A DNA stretch of 64,000 nt from Gammaproteobacteria bacterium (GCA_965238225.1 OZ250183.1:320001-384000); one strand, 5' to 3'. Numbered from the stretch's first letter, positions 33,260 through 44,050 are shown. Translations and numbers: made by a program. Notes: a model not told the origin generated them from the letters alone.

Positions 33260-34615
33260 ATGAAAAGAAAAACAATTGTACTTAATTTATTGCTGATTCT
33301 GTCTTTATGTATCACAAGCTCTGTTCAAGCTGAAAATCAGGCATTGATGGAATTATTAAAAGCCCTTTATGAAAACGGTACCATTGATGAGCAAACCTAC
33401 GATCTAGTTAAAAATGTTGCACAATCTAATGTAGAAAAAGAAAGAAATAAAGAAAAGAAGATTGCTCAGAAAATTACTCAAAAAGACACACGCCATGACA
33501 GGAGTAAACTTGATAAACGCAAGCATGATGAGCATAAGAAAGCATCAAAAAATAATATCAAAATTGGCGGACGTGTTCAGATAGACGGTGTCACCTATAG
33601 CGAAGACGAATCACGTCAAAATGACGGTACTGAGATTCGTCGGGCTCGCCTTTTTGCACAAGCTAATTTGGGAAATGCATGGGGTTACAAGCTGCAATAT
33701 GATTTTACTGATGATGGCATTGATGGAATCCAAGATGCCTATCTGGATTTTAAAGGCCTTAAAAATTACAAAATTAGAGTAGGTCATTTTAGAGAACCGT
33801 TTAGTTTACAAAGTATGACCAGTTCCAAATATGTGCTCTTTACAGAAAGAGCTTTACCGCATGTATTTTCAGAAGGACGCAACCTTGGATTACAGTTCAG
33901 TAGCAATGATCAGAACTGGAGTGCTGCGGTTGGTTTGTATAGCGACAACCGTGATGGGGTTGCAGGTGATAATGATGAAGGTTTTGGTGTCTCGGGTCGC
34001 GTTACCTATGCACCTATTTATAAAAAATCCCAAGCATTACATTTAGGCACATCTGTTGCATATCGTTCAACTGGTTCAATAAGTAGCTTACGCTTTCGTG
34101 AACGATCTGAATCACACATAAGCAATACGCGTTTGTTGGATACAGGTATTTTTGATGCTGATAGTTATACGAGTTTTGTTGGTGAAGCAGCTTATATCTA
34201 TGGATCATTTCATATACAAGGTGAATATTACCATACAAGCGTCTATCGTGATATCACAGTAAATCCAGATTTAAATTTTAGTGGTTTTTATGTTGAAGGT
34301 GGCTGGTTTCTGACCGGGGAATCTATGAACTATAAAGCATCGAAGGGTAGCTTTAGCCATATCTCACCCAAAGGTATCGTAGGTCGGGGAGGCGTTGGCG
34401 CTTGGCAAGTAGCATTGCGTTTTAGCAGTCTTGATTTGGCTGACGAAGATATTATCGGCGGTGAGGAAGATAATTTTACTATTGGGCTTAATTGGTACGC
34501 GACACCAAGCATTCGATTTATCGCAAATTATGTCAATGTTTTGGATGTGAAGGGCGGTGCCTTCGACGGCGATGAGCCCGCAGCATTCCAGATAAGAACG
34601 CAGCTTGAATTCTAG
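33260..34615 (+). CDS. OprO/OprP-family anion-selective porin
   Basis: Signal peptide, IGGRVQID, EIRRARL, GHFREPFSL, FTERA, GFYVEGGWFLTGE, GLNWY, C-terminal Phe. Confidence 0.9.
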   Translation: MKRKTIVLNLLLILSLCITSSVQAENQALMELLKALYENGTIDEQTYDLVKNVAQSNVEKERNKEKKIAQKITQKDTRHDRSKLDKRKHDEHKKASKNNIKIGGRVQIDGVTYSEDESRQNDGTEIRRARLFAQANLGNAWGYKLQYDFTDDGIDGIQDAYLDFKGLKNYKIRVGHFREPFSLQSMTSSKYVLFTERALPHVFSEGRNLGLQFSSNDQNWSAAVGLYSDNRDGVAGDNDEGFGVSGRVTYAPIYKKSQALHLGTSVAYRSTGSISSLRFRERSESHISNTRLLDTGIFDADSYTSFVGEAAYIYGSFHIQGEYYHTSVYRDITVNPDLNFSGFYVEGGWFLTGESMNYKASKGSFSHISPKGIVGRGGVGAWQVALRFSSLDLADEDIIGGEEDNFTIGLNWYATPSIRFIANYVNVLDVKGGAFDGDEPAAFQIRTQLEF

Positions 34616-34705
34616 AAGATAGTATTGAGATATATGAGGGTAATATATATTGGTGCAATGATTTTTATAAAAAAATTATTCTGTTTTTTATTTTTTTAAT
34701 ATGTT

Positions 34706-34840
34706 TTGCGCCGAACATTAAAAAAAATTGATCAAGGAGAATATGGTTACTGTCTTGAATGTGATAAAGAAATTCCGGAAGCAAGATTAAAATTAGCTCC
34801 GATTACGTCACCTTGTCTGGCTTGCGACAGTAGAAAGTAA
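34706..34840 (+). pseudogene. TraR/DksA-family C4 zinc finger, C-terminal remnant
   Basis: LRRTLKKIDQGEYGYCLECDKEIPEARLKLAPITSPCLACDSRK*; in-frame stop just upstream and no coiled-coil/DxxD region. Confidence 0.75.
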
Positions 34841-34881
34841 ATTCGGTAAATCAAATAAACGAGCTAAATTCCACATGTAAT

Positions 34882-35988
34882 TTAAGTTATATATTGTATT
34901 AATGCCCACTCAATATGTTCTTTTACTAATTTAGATGTATGTGATTTCTTTTTTTCAAGTACGCGAGTAATAGTATGAAAAGTATCTTTGTCAACAGTTT
35001 TATTTTTAACTAAGTTACGCATTAAATTACCCAGAGCAATAGCGATATTTCTCAACCATGCCTCGTAACCGATACGTCTTATTGCAGAGCCTTCGGTTTT
35101 TTTCAGGAATTCTTCTTCTGTCCAGCTAAATAAATCTACCAGTGTCGATGAATCCAGATTATTTCTAACGGTGAAATCTTGTTCTGTTGTGTGAATTGAA
35201 AATTTATTCCAAGGGCAAACGATCTGACAATCATCACAACCGTAAATCCGGTTGCCTATATCTTTTCTGAATTCGTCGGGAATTGATCCGCGTAATTCAA
35301 TAGTCAGGTAGGAGATACATCGTCTGGCATCAACTACATAAGGTTCGACGATGGCTTGCGTAGGACAAATATCAATACATGCAGTACAAGAGCCACAATG
35401 ATCCGTAACAAATGGTTTATCCATGGGTAAGGGCAGGTCTGTATATATTTCACCCAAGAAAAACCATGAGCCTGCCTTTGGACTAATTAAATTTGTATGC
35501 TTACCAATCCAGCCCAGCCCCGAGTTTCTGGCAATGGCTTTTTCCAGAACAGGCGCACTATCTGTAAAGGTACGGTATCCAAATTTACCCGTGACTTTTG
35601 AGATCTTTTCTGTCAGTTTTTGCAATCGTTTGCGAATGAGTTTGTGATAGTCACGGCCAGTAGCGTAGCGTGAGACATAAGCTTTCTGCGGATCATTTAA
35701 TATGGTTTCTGGATCTTTGCCATTTTCAGGCATGTAATCTAGTCGCACAGATATAATTCTTATGGTTCCTGGGATTAATTCAGCAGGGCGAGAGCGTTTG
35801 TTGCCGTGTCGCTGCATATAATCCATTTTACCGTGCATGGCTTTACTTAACCATTTGAGCAAATATTTTTCATCTTTTGCCAGATCAATATCACTAACTC
35901 CGATTTGTTGAAAACCGAGTTCAAGCCCCCAGTCTTTAATTTGTTTGGCCAGATTTATGTAGTTTATATCGTTTAAAGATTTATACAT
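34882..35988 (-). CDS. queG: Epoxyqueuosine reductase
   Basis: YATGRDYH, DSAPVLE, CGSCTACIDICPT, GCDDCQIVCPWN. Confidence 0.96.
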   Translation of the reverse strand: MYKSLNDINYINLAKQIKDWGLELGFQQIGVSDIDLAKDEKYLLKWLSKAMHGKMDYMQRHGNKRSRPAELIPGTIRIISVRLDYMPENGKDPETILNDPQKAYVSRYATGRDYHKLIRKRLQKLTEKISKVTGKFGYRTFTDSAPVLEKAIARNSGLGWIGKHTNLISPKAGSWFFLGEIYTDLPLPMDKPFVTDHCGSCTACIDICPTQAIVEPYVVDARRCISYLTIELRGSIPDEFRKDIGNRIYGCDDCQIVCPWNKFSIHTTEQDFTVRNNLDSSTLVDLFSWTEEEFLKKTEGSAIRRIGYEAWLRNIAIALGNLMRNLVKNKTVDKDTFHTITRVLEKKKSHTSKLVKEHIEWALIQYIT

Positions 35989-36082
35989 TGTAAATTCTGC
36001 ATAGTCACAACCGGGATGATATTAAATATACAAGCACACAGTGTTCATGATAACATCGAAAATCAGGTAATATTTTAAATCG

Positions 36083-37171
36083 ATGTTTGAATATCTAAAT
36101 TCATGGTATCGCAGATACTTTACTGATCCGCAGGCGGCATTATTAGTCGTTGTATTGGTCGTTGGTTTTGCAATTATATTTACCATGGGAAGAATGTTGG
36201 CACCGTTAGTCTCAGCGATAATAATTGCCTACTTACTTGAAGGTCTAACACAAAAAATTCAGAAAAAAATTACTTCAAGATTGTTGTCCGTATATATCGT
36301 CTTCATTCTCTTCATGACCTGTCTGATTTTTTTGTTATTTGGGCTATTGCCTATTTTATCTAAGCAATTAAGTCAGTTTTTACAGGATGTTCCTGACATG
36401 ATAAGTAATGGTCAAGAGCTTTTGTTAAAACTTCCGGAAAAATATACTGGTATTATTTCTGAGGCTGCTGTGCGAGATGTGATACTTGCGATCAAAGGTG
36501 GTTTCAGCGATCTTGGTCAGCATGTATTATCGATTTCTCTGGCATCCATCCCCGCCATTGTTGGCATATTGATTTATCTAGTTCTCGTACCAGTAATGAT
36601 TTTTTTCTTTCTGAAGGATAAAATAATCATTATTGTTTGGCTAACACAATTTTTACCTTCTGAGCGACAGCTCATTACAGAAATCTGGCAAGAAATGGAT
36701 GCTCAGATTGGTAATTATATCCGCGGCAAGTTTAACGAAATTTTCATTGTTTTTGTTGTGTCATTGATACTTTTTAAATTCATGGATTTAAATTACGCAT
36801 CATTGCTGGCATTAGTAGTGGGACTATCTGTTTTGATTCCTTATGTCGGCGCTGCTGTAGTCACATTGCCTGTAATGTTGGTTGGGTATTTTCAGTGGGG
36901 CTTGGACGGTCAGTTCATGTGGCTAATGGTAAGTTACATGATTCTGCAATTCTTGGATGGCAATGTTCTGGTGCCAGTTCTGTTTTCGGATGCTGTCAAT
37001 CTTCACCCCATCGCTATTATTGTAGCGATATTGGTATTCGGTGGCTTATGGGGGTTTGTTGGTTTGTTTTTTGCAATTCCATTAGCGACTTTGGTCAAGG
37101 CCTTGATTAATGTTTGGCCAACCACTGCGGATTATTCTGAGGATGCTTCATTAGAGACTGCTGAGGTTTGA
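36083..37171 (+). CDS. perM: AI-2E family transporter (PerM-like)
   Basis: Multi-TM protein; NYIRGK, LIPYVG, QFLDGNVLVP, NLHP. Confidence 0.88.
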   Translation: MFEYLNSWYRRYFTDPQAALLVVVLVVGFAIIFTMGRMLAPLVSAIIIAYLLEGLTQKIQKKITSRLLSVYIVFILFMTCLIFLLFGLLPILSKQLSQFLQDVPDMISNGQELLLKLPEKYTGIISEAAVRDVILAIKGGFSDLGQHVLSISLASIPAIVGILIYLVLVPVMIFFFLKDKIIIIVWLTQFLPSERQLITEIWQEMDAQIGNYIRGKFNEIFIVFVVSLILFKFMDLNYASLLALVVGLSVLIPYVGAAVVTLPVMLVGYFQWGLDGQFMWLMVSYMILQFLDGNVLVPVLFSDAVNLHPIAIIVAILVFGGLWGFVGLFFAIPLATLVKALINVWPTTADYSEDASLETAEV

Positions 37172-37317
37172 GTTAGACCGTAGGTTTGTTTATTAACTTG
37201 GTCTCGTTTCCTGTGTAAAGTGGGAACAGAAAATATAAATTAATTAATGGCACATTGCTTTTTTCATAAATTATCTATTGCTATTTCCTGCTTATCTATT
37301 GTCTTTTAGTTTAGGCT

Positions 37318-37785
37318 TTACATTCTTTTTATTTCTTCGAGAACCTCTTTGACATGACCTTTTACTTTTACTTTACGCCATTCATGTATCAAGATACCTT
37401 TTTCATCTATTAGAAATGTGCTGCGTTCAATTCCCATCACTGCTTTACCATACATATTTTTTTCTTTAATTACATCAAACTGTGCGCATAATTTCTCATC
37501 AGAATCCGAGAGTAGTTCAAATGTGAATGACTGTTTGTTTTTAAAATTTTCGTGTGATTTAATACTATCGCGTGAGATGCCAAGGATGATGGTATTTCTT
37601 GCATTGAATTTTCTTTTGTTATCGCGGAAATCTTGGCCTTCTAAGGTGCACCCTGGAGTACTGTCTTTTGGATAAAAATATAAAACAATGTTTTTACCCT
37701 TAAAATCAGATAATTGGATATTTTTCGATCCTGTCGCGGCTAATTTTATATCTGCAATTTTTTTGCCAATTCTTACCTTTGCCAT
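37318..37785 (-). CDS. bcp: Peroxiredoxin Bcp
   Basis: LYFYPKDSTPGCT, GIERSTFLID. Confidence 0.94.
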   Translation of the reverse strand: MAKVRIGKKIADIKLAATGSKNIQLSDFKGKNIVLYFYPKDSTPGCTLEGQDFRDNKRKFNARNTIILGISRDSIKSHENFKNKQSFTFELLSDSDEKLCAQFDVIKEKNMYGKAVMGIERSTFLIDEKGILIHEWRKVKVKGHVKEVLEEIKRM

Positions 37786-37829
37786 GATTAATGTTACGCT
37801 ATCTTTATTATTTTTTTACTAGATTAGTT

Positions 37830-38357
37830 GAATTATTTTACTGGTTCCGGTATCGCATAAAAATTCAGTCGACCACAAAAAATCATTGAAATCGTTGCGG
37901 ATTGTTGAGATAGAAATATTAACAGGGATACTTAGATGGTGGCATTTAAGTGAGAACATTTGTGTGCCACTGTGTTGCCTTGTAGGTATTTGTGAGCATA
38001 TCATGGATTACAATATCATTAATTTACCAAAAAATCAGTGATGTCATGGACAATGCCGATGCGATCTATAGTACGATTTCTATAGCATATAGGCAAGCAT
38101 TGGGCAGGTTTTTCAGAGGAATTCGTTCTGCGGAATTGGAATTTTCCACATCTAGTTTTTTCAGAGATGGCAGCATGTACTCTAATTTGGCCACAGCATT
38201 CCAGTTACCGCTTAACGTCATGGATAGAGAAAACTCGTTTCCCAGAGCAACGACACGGCTGTCTATTACATTACAATTACATTCCTTGATTGCTTTTGAG
38301 AATTTTTTGATAATTTGAGGGTGCCCCCAGTGCTGTTAGCACGATGTAATTCTGCAT
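37830..38357 (-). pseudogene. gcvR: Glycine cleavage system regulator (ACT domains), multiply frameshifted
   Basis: Pieces MQNYIVLTALG / CNCNVIDSRVVALGNEFSLSMTLSGNWNAVAKLE / DRIGIVHDITDF / SGTQMFSL / SISTIRNDF lie in different frames; occupies the conserved position between dapA and bcp. Confidence 0.85.
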
Positions 38358-38673
38358 TTTACCCAATGATCTTTAATGGAGTTTCTGCTAATGGATTGCA
38401 GGCTCATTGTCTGTTTTTGTCTCCGCATTTACAAGTAATTTGGGTTATTATGAGAACTTTTTGGAAGTATTTTTCAAATAAGATTCCTCAAAAAAATTAC
38501 AGAAATGGAAAATTTTATAAGTTATGGAATTTATTGTTATCGCTTAATTATAGTATAATATGTCGTTGACCGTTATAAGTGCGCATTCAGATGTTCTGGA
38601 TTTACAGATATACTAAAAGCGTAAGCATTGAATTTTGACGATATTTTAAGTATGGAGGTTAAAGGATTTAGAT

Positions 38674-39564
38674 ATGTTTCAAGGCAGTATGGTCGCTGTA
38701 GTTACCCCCATGCAGAAAGGAAATATACCAGATACACCACTGGACAAAGAAAGTCTGGCTGGACTGGTTGAATTCCATATTGAGAATAAAACGGATGCGA
38801 TCGTAGCTGTGGGCACTACAGGTGAATCTGCGACCTTAGATAATGAGGAGCACTGCGAGGTTATTCGCCAAGTGGTAGAATTTGTTAATGGACGCATTCC
38901 TGTGATTGCTGGTACTGGTGCAAATTCAACAACGGAAGCAATTTACCTGACACAATGTGCAAAAGATATAGGTGCAGATGCGTGTTTATTGGTCACGCCT
39001 TATTACAACAAGCCGACACAGGAGGGTTTATATTTACATTACAAGGCTGTAGCAGAAGCGGTAAATATTCCGCAGATTCTGTATAATGTGCCGAGTCGTA
39101 CAGCCTGTGACATGTTGCCAGAAACGATTGGCAGATTGTCGAAGATGGATAATATTATCGGTGTTAAGGAAGCGACAGCTGATTTAAGTCGTATCGAGAC
39201 GATTAGATCGTTTTGCCATGATAACTTCATATTGGTCAGTGGTGATGATGCAACAACAAAAGAATTTTTATTACGAGGCGGTAATGGAGTGATTTCTGTA
39301 ACGGCAAATGTCGTTCCTAGTGCAATGCATGAATTATGTAAATTTGCAAAAGCAGGGGATATTGAAGCTGCAACAAAAATTGATGATACTCTGACTGATT
39401 TACACGAACATTTATTTGTAGAATCTAGTCCAATTCCTACCAAGTGGGCATTACACAAGATGGGATTGATTAAGGCAGGCATCAGGCTTCCGCTTACCTG
39501 GATGACAAAGAGATCAGAGGATGTTCTTATACAATCCATGCGAAAAGCAAATATTGCTGCATGA
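38674..39564 (+). CDS. dapA: 4-hydroxy-tetrahydrodipicolinate synthase
   Basis: GTTGESAT, TPYYNKP, LYNVPSRT, GVKEA. Confidence 0.97.
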   Translation: MFQGSMVAVVTPMQKGNIPDTPLDKESLAGLVEFHIENKTDAIVAVGTTGESATLDNEEHCEVIRQVVEFVNGRIPVIAGTGANSTTEAIYLTQCAKDIGADACLLVTPYYNKPTQEGLYLHYKAVAEAVNIPQILYNVPSRTACDMLPETIGRLSKMDNIIGVKEATADLSRIETIRSFCHDNFILVSGDDATTKEFLLRGGNGVISVTANVVPSAMHELCKFAKAGDIEAATKIDDTLTDLHEHLFVESSPIPTKWALHKMGLIKAGIRLPLTWMTKRSEDVLIQSMRKANIAA

Positions 39565-39724
39565 AATTATTTAATGAATATATATCAAACATTATTGAAA
39601 ATAAGCAAAAATCAACTCTGTTATACTAGACCAGAGATGCCAAGGATGACCCTTGTTTAATATTTTTCAATTATTTGGATAATTTAAGAGAATTTAAACT
39701 AAAAACAATATAGAAATTTATATT

Positions 39725-40795
39725 ATGTTATCAAAAAAAATATTTTTACTACTCCTTACCTTAAACTTAGTAAGCGGCTGTGGGTCATTTCCTAGTCTAA
39801 GTGACGTGATACCAGACAACAGAACCAAATATAAAAAGAGCCAATCATTGCCTGACTTAGAGGTGCCGCCAGATTTAACCAGTGAGGCGTTGAATGATCA
39901 ATTGGTGATTCCAGATGAAGAAAATGCCAAGACGCTGTCTGAATTTCAACGGCGTAGGTTCATACGTCAGGGCGGGCAAGTCTCTGATACAGAAATTGCG
40001 ATGTTGGACAATACTGGTAAAAAATATCTATTAGTACAGGGAACAACGTTTTCAATCTGGCCTAAGTTGCGCGAATTCTGGTTGGCTAAAGGTTTTGAGA
40101 TGGATCTTGATGATGCTGAACTTGGTGTAATGGAAACACAATTCAAGGAAATCTCAGTCGAGGGCGCGGCAACAAACAGAGAAAAATTCAAGATAATTTC
40201 AGAAGAAAGTAGAATGCAGGGAAGCTTGATATTGTTCCTTGTAAGCGAAGCACAGGAAAAAATACCGCTTGATGATGGTAGTTCTGGCTGGATAGATAAG
40301 GCAAACAGTAAGGAACGGACTGAAGGGCTTATAAGTGAATTGGATATACATTTTTATGGCGCACCTAAAGCACGCTCTTCTGCAAGCGAAAAGCAGATAA
40401 CTAGCCCTGAAAATCCTATGAGGAGGGCTAAGATATTAAACGCCGGAGAAGGCAAAGAATATTTAACTATCCCTGATGAATTTTTTAAAGCATGGCGCAG
40501 CATTGAAGACATTCTCAACGAATTGGATATGCAGATTGAGAATAAAGATGCGGAAAAAGGTATTTATTTTGTTGTCTATAATGTTATCTCGGACAAACAA
40601 AATAAAGGTCTATTATCGAGGCTTAAATTCTGGGAAAGTGATGAAGAAGCACAGGAATTTCACATTAGCCTGACTGGTGTTGGCGATAAGACTGAAATCA
40701 TTGTTCTAGACAAAGAAGACCAATGGATAGAAAGCGAAGAAGTGAGCCGTATACTAAGCCTGATCCAGAATCAGTATAATAGACTGTTAAGATAG
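39725..40795 (+). CDS. bamC: Outer-membrane assembly lipoprotein BamC/NlpB
   Basis: Lipobox VSGC, LEVPPDL, WPKLREFW; follows dapA. Confidence 0.85.
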   Translation: MLSKKIFLLLLTLNLVSGCGSFPSLSDVIPDNRTKYKKSQSLPDLEVPPDLTSEALNDQLVIPDEENAKTLSEFQRRRFIRQGGQVSDTEIAMLDNTGKKYLLVQGTTFSIWPKLREFWLAKGFEMDLDDAELGVMETQFKEISVEGAATNREKFKIISEESRMQGSLILFLVSEAQEKIPLDDGSSGWIDKANSKERTEGLISELDIHFYGAPKARSSASEKQITSPENPMRRAKILNAGEGKEYLTIPDEFFKAWRSIEDILNELDMQIENKDAEKGIYFVVYNVISDKQNKGLLSRLKFWESDEEAQEFHISLTGVGDKTEIIVLDKEDQWIESEEVSRILSLIQNQYNRLLR

Positions 40796-40812
40796 CAGTA
40801 AATTTTTGCCGC

Positions 40813-42210
40813 TTATTTCTTTTTAACATGACGCACAAGGCGTCTGCGTTTGTCTTTTTGTCTATTGGTCAGGATACTTTTCTTGTCTTTATACGGATTA
40901 TCTCCTTGTTTAAAATCTATCAAAACAGGTGTCCCTGTAAGTTTTAATTGTTTCCTCATTTGGTTAGACAAATAGCGTTTATACGACTCAGGGGCACGAT
41001 CAGTTTGATTGCCATGCACAATAATTCGTATCGGATCATGTCCGCCTATATGGGCATAACGTAATTTGATACGTCTGCCGTGAACTACAGGTGGTGAGTG
41101 AGCTTGAGTTGCCTGTTGCAGAATTGATGTTATCTTGGAGGTGGATGGTTCGATCGAGATTGATTCTGAAATCTTTTTAATTGATACAAATAGTTTCCCA
41201 ACGCCACTACCATGAAGTGCAGAAATAAAATGGATGCAGGCATAATCAATAAACCCTAGTTTTCTGTCCAGTTGCGCCTTGATTCTGTTTTTATGTGAGA
41301 ATTCTAATCCGTCCCATTTATTAATAGCAATAATCAACGCTTTGCCACTATTAGCAATCAATCCGAGCAAGCTGGCATCCTGTTCCGTGATGGCTTCATG
41401 AGCATCGATCACAAGAATAACAATTTGTGTGCTGTCGATTGCTTGAAGCGATTGCACAACACTAAATTTCTCAACGGTATCATTAATCTTTGATCGCCTG
41501 CGTATGCCTGCCGTGTCAATCAAGGTGTAAGGTATTCCGTCACGTTCAAAAGGAATGGCAATACTATTTCTGGTAGTTCCTGGGTGACTAAAAGTGATCA
41601 TGCGTTCTTCGCCAAGAATCCTATTAGTTAGTGTAGATTTTCCAACATTGGGGCGACCAAGTACCGTGATGCGCAATCCGTGTTTAGTTTGTTTTTCGTC
41701 TTCTGACTTAGAAGGCAATTGTTTAATAACTTCATCCATGAGTTTTCTGACACCTGTGCCCCGTTTGGCCGAGATAGCAAAAAGCTCGTTAAAACCGAGA
41801 CAGTAAAAATCAGATAAAACAATATCTATATTAAACCCCTCGGTTTTGTTAGCAACCAGAAAGATACAATTACATTTCTGACGCAAAATCTTGGCGAGGT
41901 ACTCGTCTTCTGATGTCAGACCTTCACGTCCATCAACCAGCCATATCAGCGCATCTGCCTCTTCTGTTGCACGTAAAGATTGATGGGATATAAGCCTAGA
42001 AATATTTTCTGAGTTTTTATCGTTTCTATCTAAACCGCCAGTATCAACCAGTATGAATTCACGCCCTTGATAATTGCCAAATCCATATTGCCGATCACGC
42101 GTTACTCCTGGTCGATCTACGACAAGTGCATTACGAGTGCGTGTGAGGAAGTTAAATAAGGTGGACTTACCGACGTTTGGGCGGCCAACGATGGCAATAA
42201 TGGACTTCAT
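40813..42210 (-). CDS. der: Ribosome biogenesis GTPase Der
   Basis: Two GRPNVGKST G-domains, DTGG/DTAG, C-terminal KH-like domain. Confidence 0.97.
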   Translation of the reverse strand: MKSIIAIVGRPNVGKSTLFNFLTRTRNALVVDRPGVTRDRQYGFGNYQGREFILVDTGGLDRNDKNSENISRLISHQSLRATEEADALIWLVDGREGLTSEDEYLAKILRQKCNCIFLVANKTEGFNIDIVLSDFYCLGFNELFAISAKRGTGVRKLMDEVIKQLPSKSEDEKQTKHGLRITVLGRPNVGKSTLTNRILGEERMITFSHPGTTRNSIAIPFERDGIPYTLIDTAGIRRRSKINDTVEKFSVVQSLQAIDSTQIVILVIDAHEAITEQDASLLGLIANSGKALIIAINKWDGLEFSHKNRIKAQLDRKLGFIDYACIHFISALHGSGVGKLFVSIKKISESISIEPSTSKITSILQQATQAHSPPVVHGRRIKLRYAHIGGHDPIRIIVHGNQTDRAPESYKRYLSNQMRKQLKLTGTPVLIDFKQGDNPYKDKKSILTNRQKDKRRRLVRHVKKK

Positions 42211-42224
42211 ACTTGCTTTCCTGC

Positions 42225-43430
42225 TTAATGAGCAGTATATGCACTTAGCGTTCCGTCGCTGCTGTATGTGTAAACAATGTCATCAATGGCAACAGGTGTT
42301 GATAAAATTGGATGCTTTGAAATCCGTGTGCGAGCGACAAACTGACCATTACTCTTATCCATCCAGTGTAGGTAACCTTCTAAATCGCCAACAACAACAA
42401 GATCGCCAATGGTGGCAGGGGCTGTTACATGTCTGGCGAATAAATCCTCCTGTCTCCATATAGAATCGCCAGATGATCGATCCAACGCCCAGATGTGGCT
42501 TTGGTTGTCCGTAATGTAAATATTTTCTCCGTCAGATGTTAATCCTGTGTAGGAAGAAATATTACGCGTCCAGATAGTTCGACCATCTTCCAGAGCAATC
42601 GAGGTTAGATGTCCTTGAAATGTCACAACGTAAATATCATTACCAACAATCACAGGATCCGAATCAATATCAACCATTCTTTCTAATTGAGAACGACCAG
42701 ATGCCAGTGAGACACTCGTTTCCCAAATCAATTTCCCAGTATGCAATTCAATTGCAGAAATACGACCACCATCAAAACCAGCAATGACAACATCGCCTGT
42801 AATAACTGGACTACTGGTGCCACGTAGTGTTAATGAAGGTACAACACGAGCATATATCCACAAGTGACTGCCATCATTTGCACTAAGTCCAAAAATTTTA
42901 CCGTCTATTGTACGCACTACAACAATACCGTAAGCCTCCTGTGGTGCAGCAAGAATCTCACTAGAGACTCTTGTCTGCCACAGGAATTCTCCGTTTTCGC
43001 TTGTATATGCCAGTACATCGCCTTCCTCTGAACCAATCATGGTCAGTGTTTCACTGGAACCTGGACCTCCAGTGATATTTAGATCTGCATCATTTTCCCA
43101 CAGTGTGTCACCACTTTTTATATCAGTGGCTACCAGATTTCCATGAATATCTGTGACAAAAATTTTACCTTGAATATAAGAAGGTGTGAGCTTGAGGAAT
43201 TGTTTAGCAGAACCTTTACCTGTATTTTTTGACCAAAGCTTTGTAATTTCAGCAAGCGTTTCAATTTCTACTAAAAGAGTAGGCGGTTCAGAATTATCTT
43301 TGGTAGCAAATAAGCTTTTATCAAATAAATTTTTCACATAGTCTTTGGTGCCACATCCATACAACAAGATCAGCACTAAGGCGAATAATAAGCAACGCAT
43401 GCCTGATAACATTAGAATGGATTTTTTCAT
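42225..43430 (-). CDS. bamB: Outer-membrane assembly lipoprotein BamB
   Basis: Lipobox LYGC, PQQ-like beta-propeller repeats, LTLRGTSSP, GDLEGYLHW. Confidence 0.93.
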   Translation of the reverse strand: MKKSILMLSGMRCLLFALVLILLYGCGTKDYVKNLFDKSLFATKDNSEPPTLLVEIETLAEITKLWSKNTGKGSAKQFLKLTPSYIQGKIFVTDIHGNLVATDIKSGDTLWENDADLNITGGPGSSETLTMIGSEEGDVLAYTSENGEFLWQTRVSSEILAAPQEAYGIVVVRTIDGKIFGLSANDGSHLWIYARVVPSLTLRGTSSPVITGDVVIAGFDGGRISAIELHTGKLIWETSVSLASGRSQLERMVDIDSDPVIVGNDIYVVTFQGHLTSIALEDGRTIWTRNISSYTGLTSDGENIYITDNQSHIWALDRSSGDSIWRQEDLFARHVTAPATIGDLVVVGDLEGYLHWMDKSNGQFVARTRISKHPILSTPVAIDDIVYTYSSDGTLSAYTAH

Positions 43431-44050
43431 AGATCGTCCAGTTTCATTTGCACAAAAGACTGATTACCGCCAGCGCTATTTTGTGTTGCCAGCGCTTGTG
43501 TATAAGCATTTTTAGCAGATTCTAAATTGTCTTGCTGTAATAAAATATCACCACGTAGTTCATGATAATTTGATGCAAATTTTCCTAGGTCAGCCTTTTC
43601 AAGCAAAGACAAGGCAGCATTTTTATCACCTTCTACAAGTAATAAACGCGAAAGTCGTAATCTGGCAAGATGCTTGAATTCATCGTTATCTGCATTATCA
43701 AGAACCCGTTGAAGATGGGTTTTTGCAGACTTGATGTCATCTTTCTCCACGGCTATACGTGCCTGTAGCAGTGAAGAAAAAGTAGAATATGGGGTTGATT
43801 TGTAGTCTTGGTTTAGCTTGTCTGCAATTGTTGTTGTGTCTATTTCTTTTTCCTGATGTATATCTACAATCATCTGTTCATAAAGATCAGAGGCTTGTTG
43901 TCCCTGAATCACTAAATGGTCTTGCCAGGCACGCCAGCCAAATATGGCAGTCAAACCAATTACGATACCGCCAATAATTGATTTACCATTCTCATGCCAC
44001 CATTTTTTCAGATGTTCAGCTTGTTCTTCGTCTGTTCTATAAGCTTCCAA
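43427..44050 (-). CDS. yfgM: YfgM family TPR protein
   Basis: TDEEQAEHLKKWWHENG, ARLRLSR, ELRGDI, KLDDL. Confidence 0.92.
   Translation of the reverse strand: MEAYRTDEEQAEHLKKWWHENGKSIIGGIVIGLTAIFGWRAWQDHLVIQGQQASDLYEQMIVDIHQEKEIDTTTIADKLNQDYKSTPYSTFSSLLQARIAVEKDDIKSAKTHLQRVLDNADNDEFKHLARLRLSRLLLVEGDKNAALSLLEKADLGKFASNYHELRGDILLQQDNLESAKNAYTQALATQNSAGGNQSFVQMKLDDL

Noticed and set aside
37992-38569. Plus-strand ORFs of 108 and 84 aa
   Set aside because: Antisense to the gcvR pseudogene and the dapA upstream region; no recognisable motifs.
39039-39539. 166-aa antisense ORF inside dapA, and the other short ORFs overlapping core genes
   Set aside because: Fully nested in well-supported genes and consistent with shadow frames.
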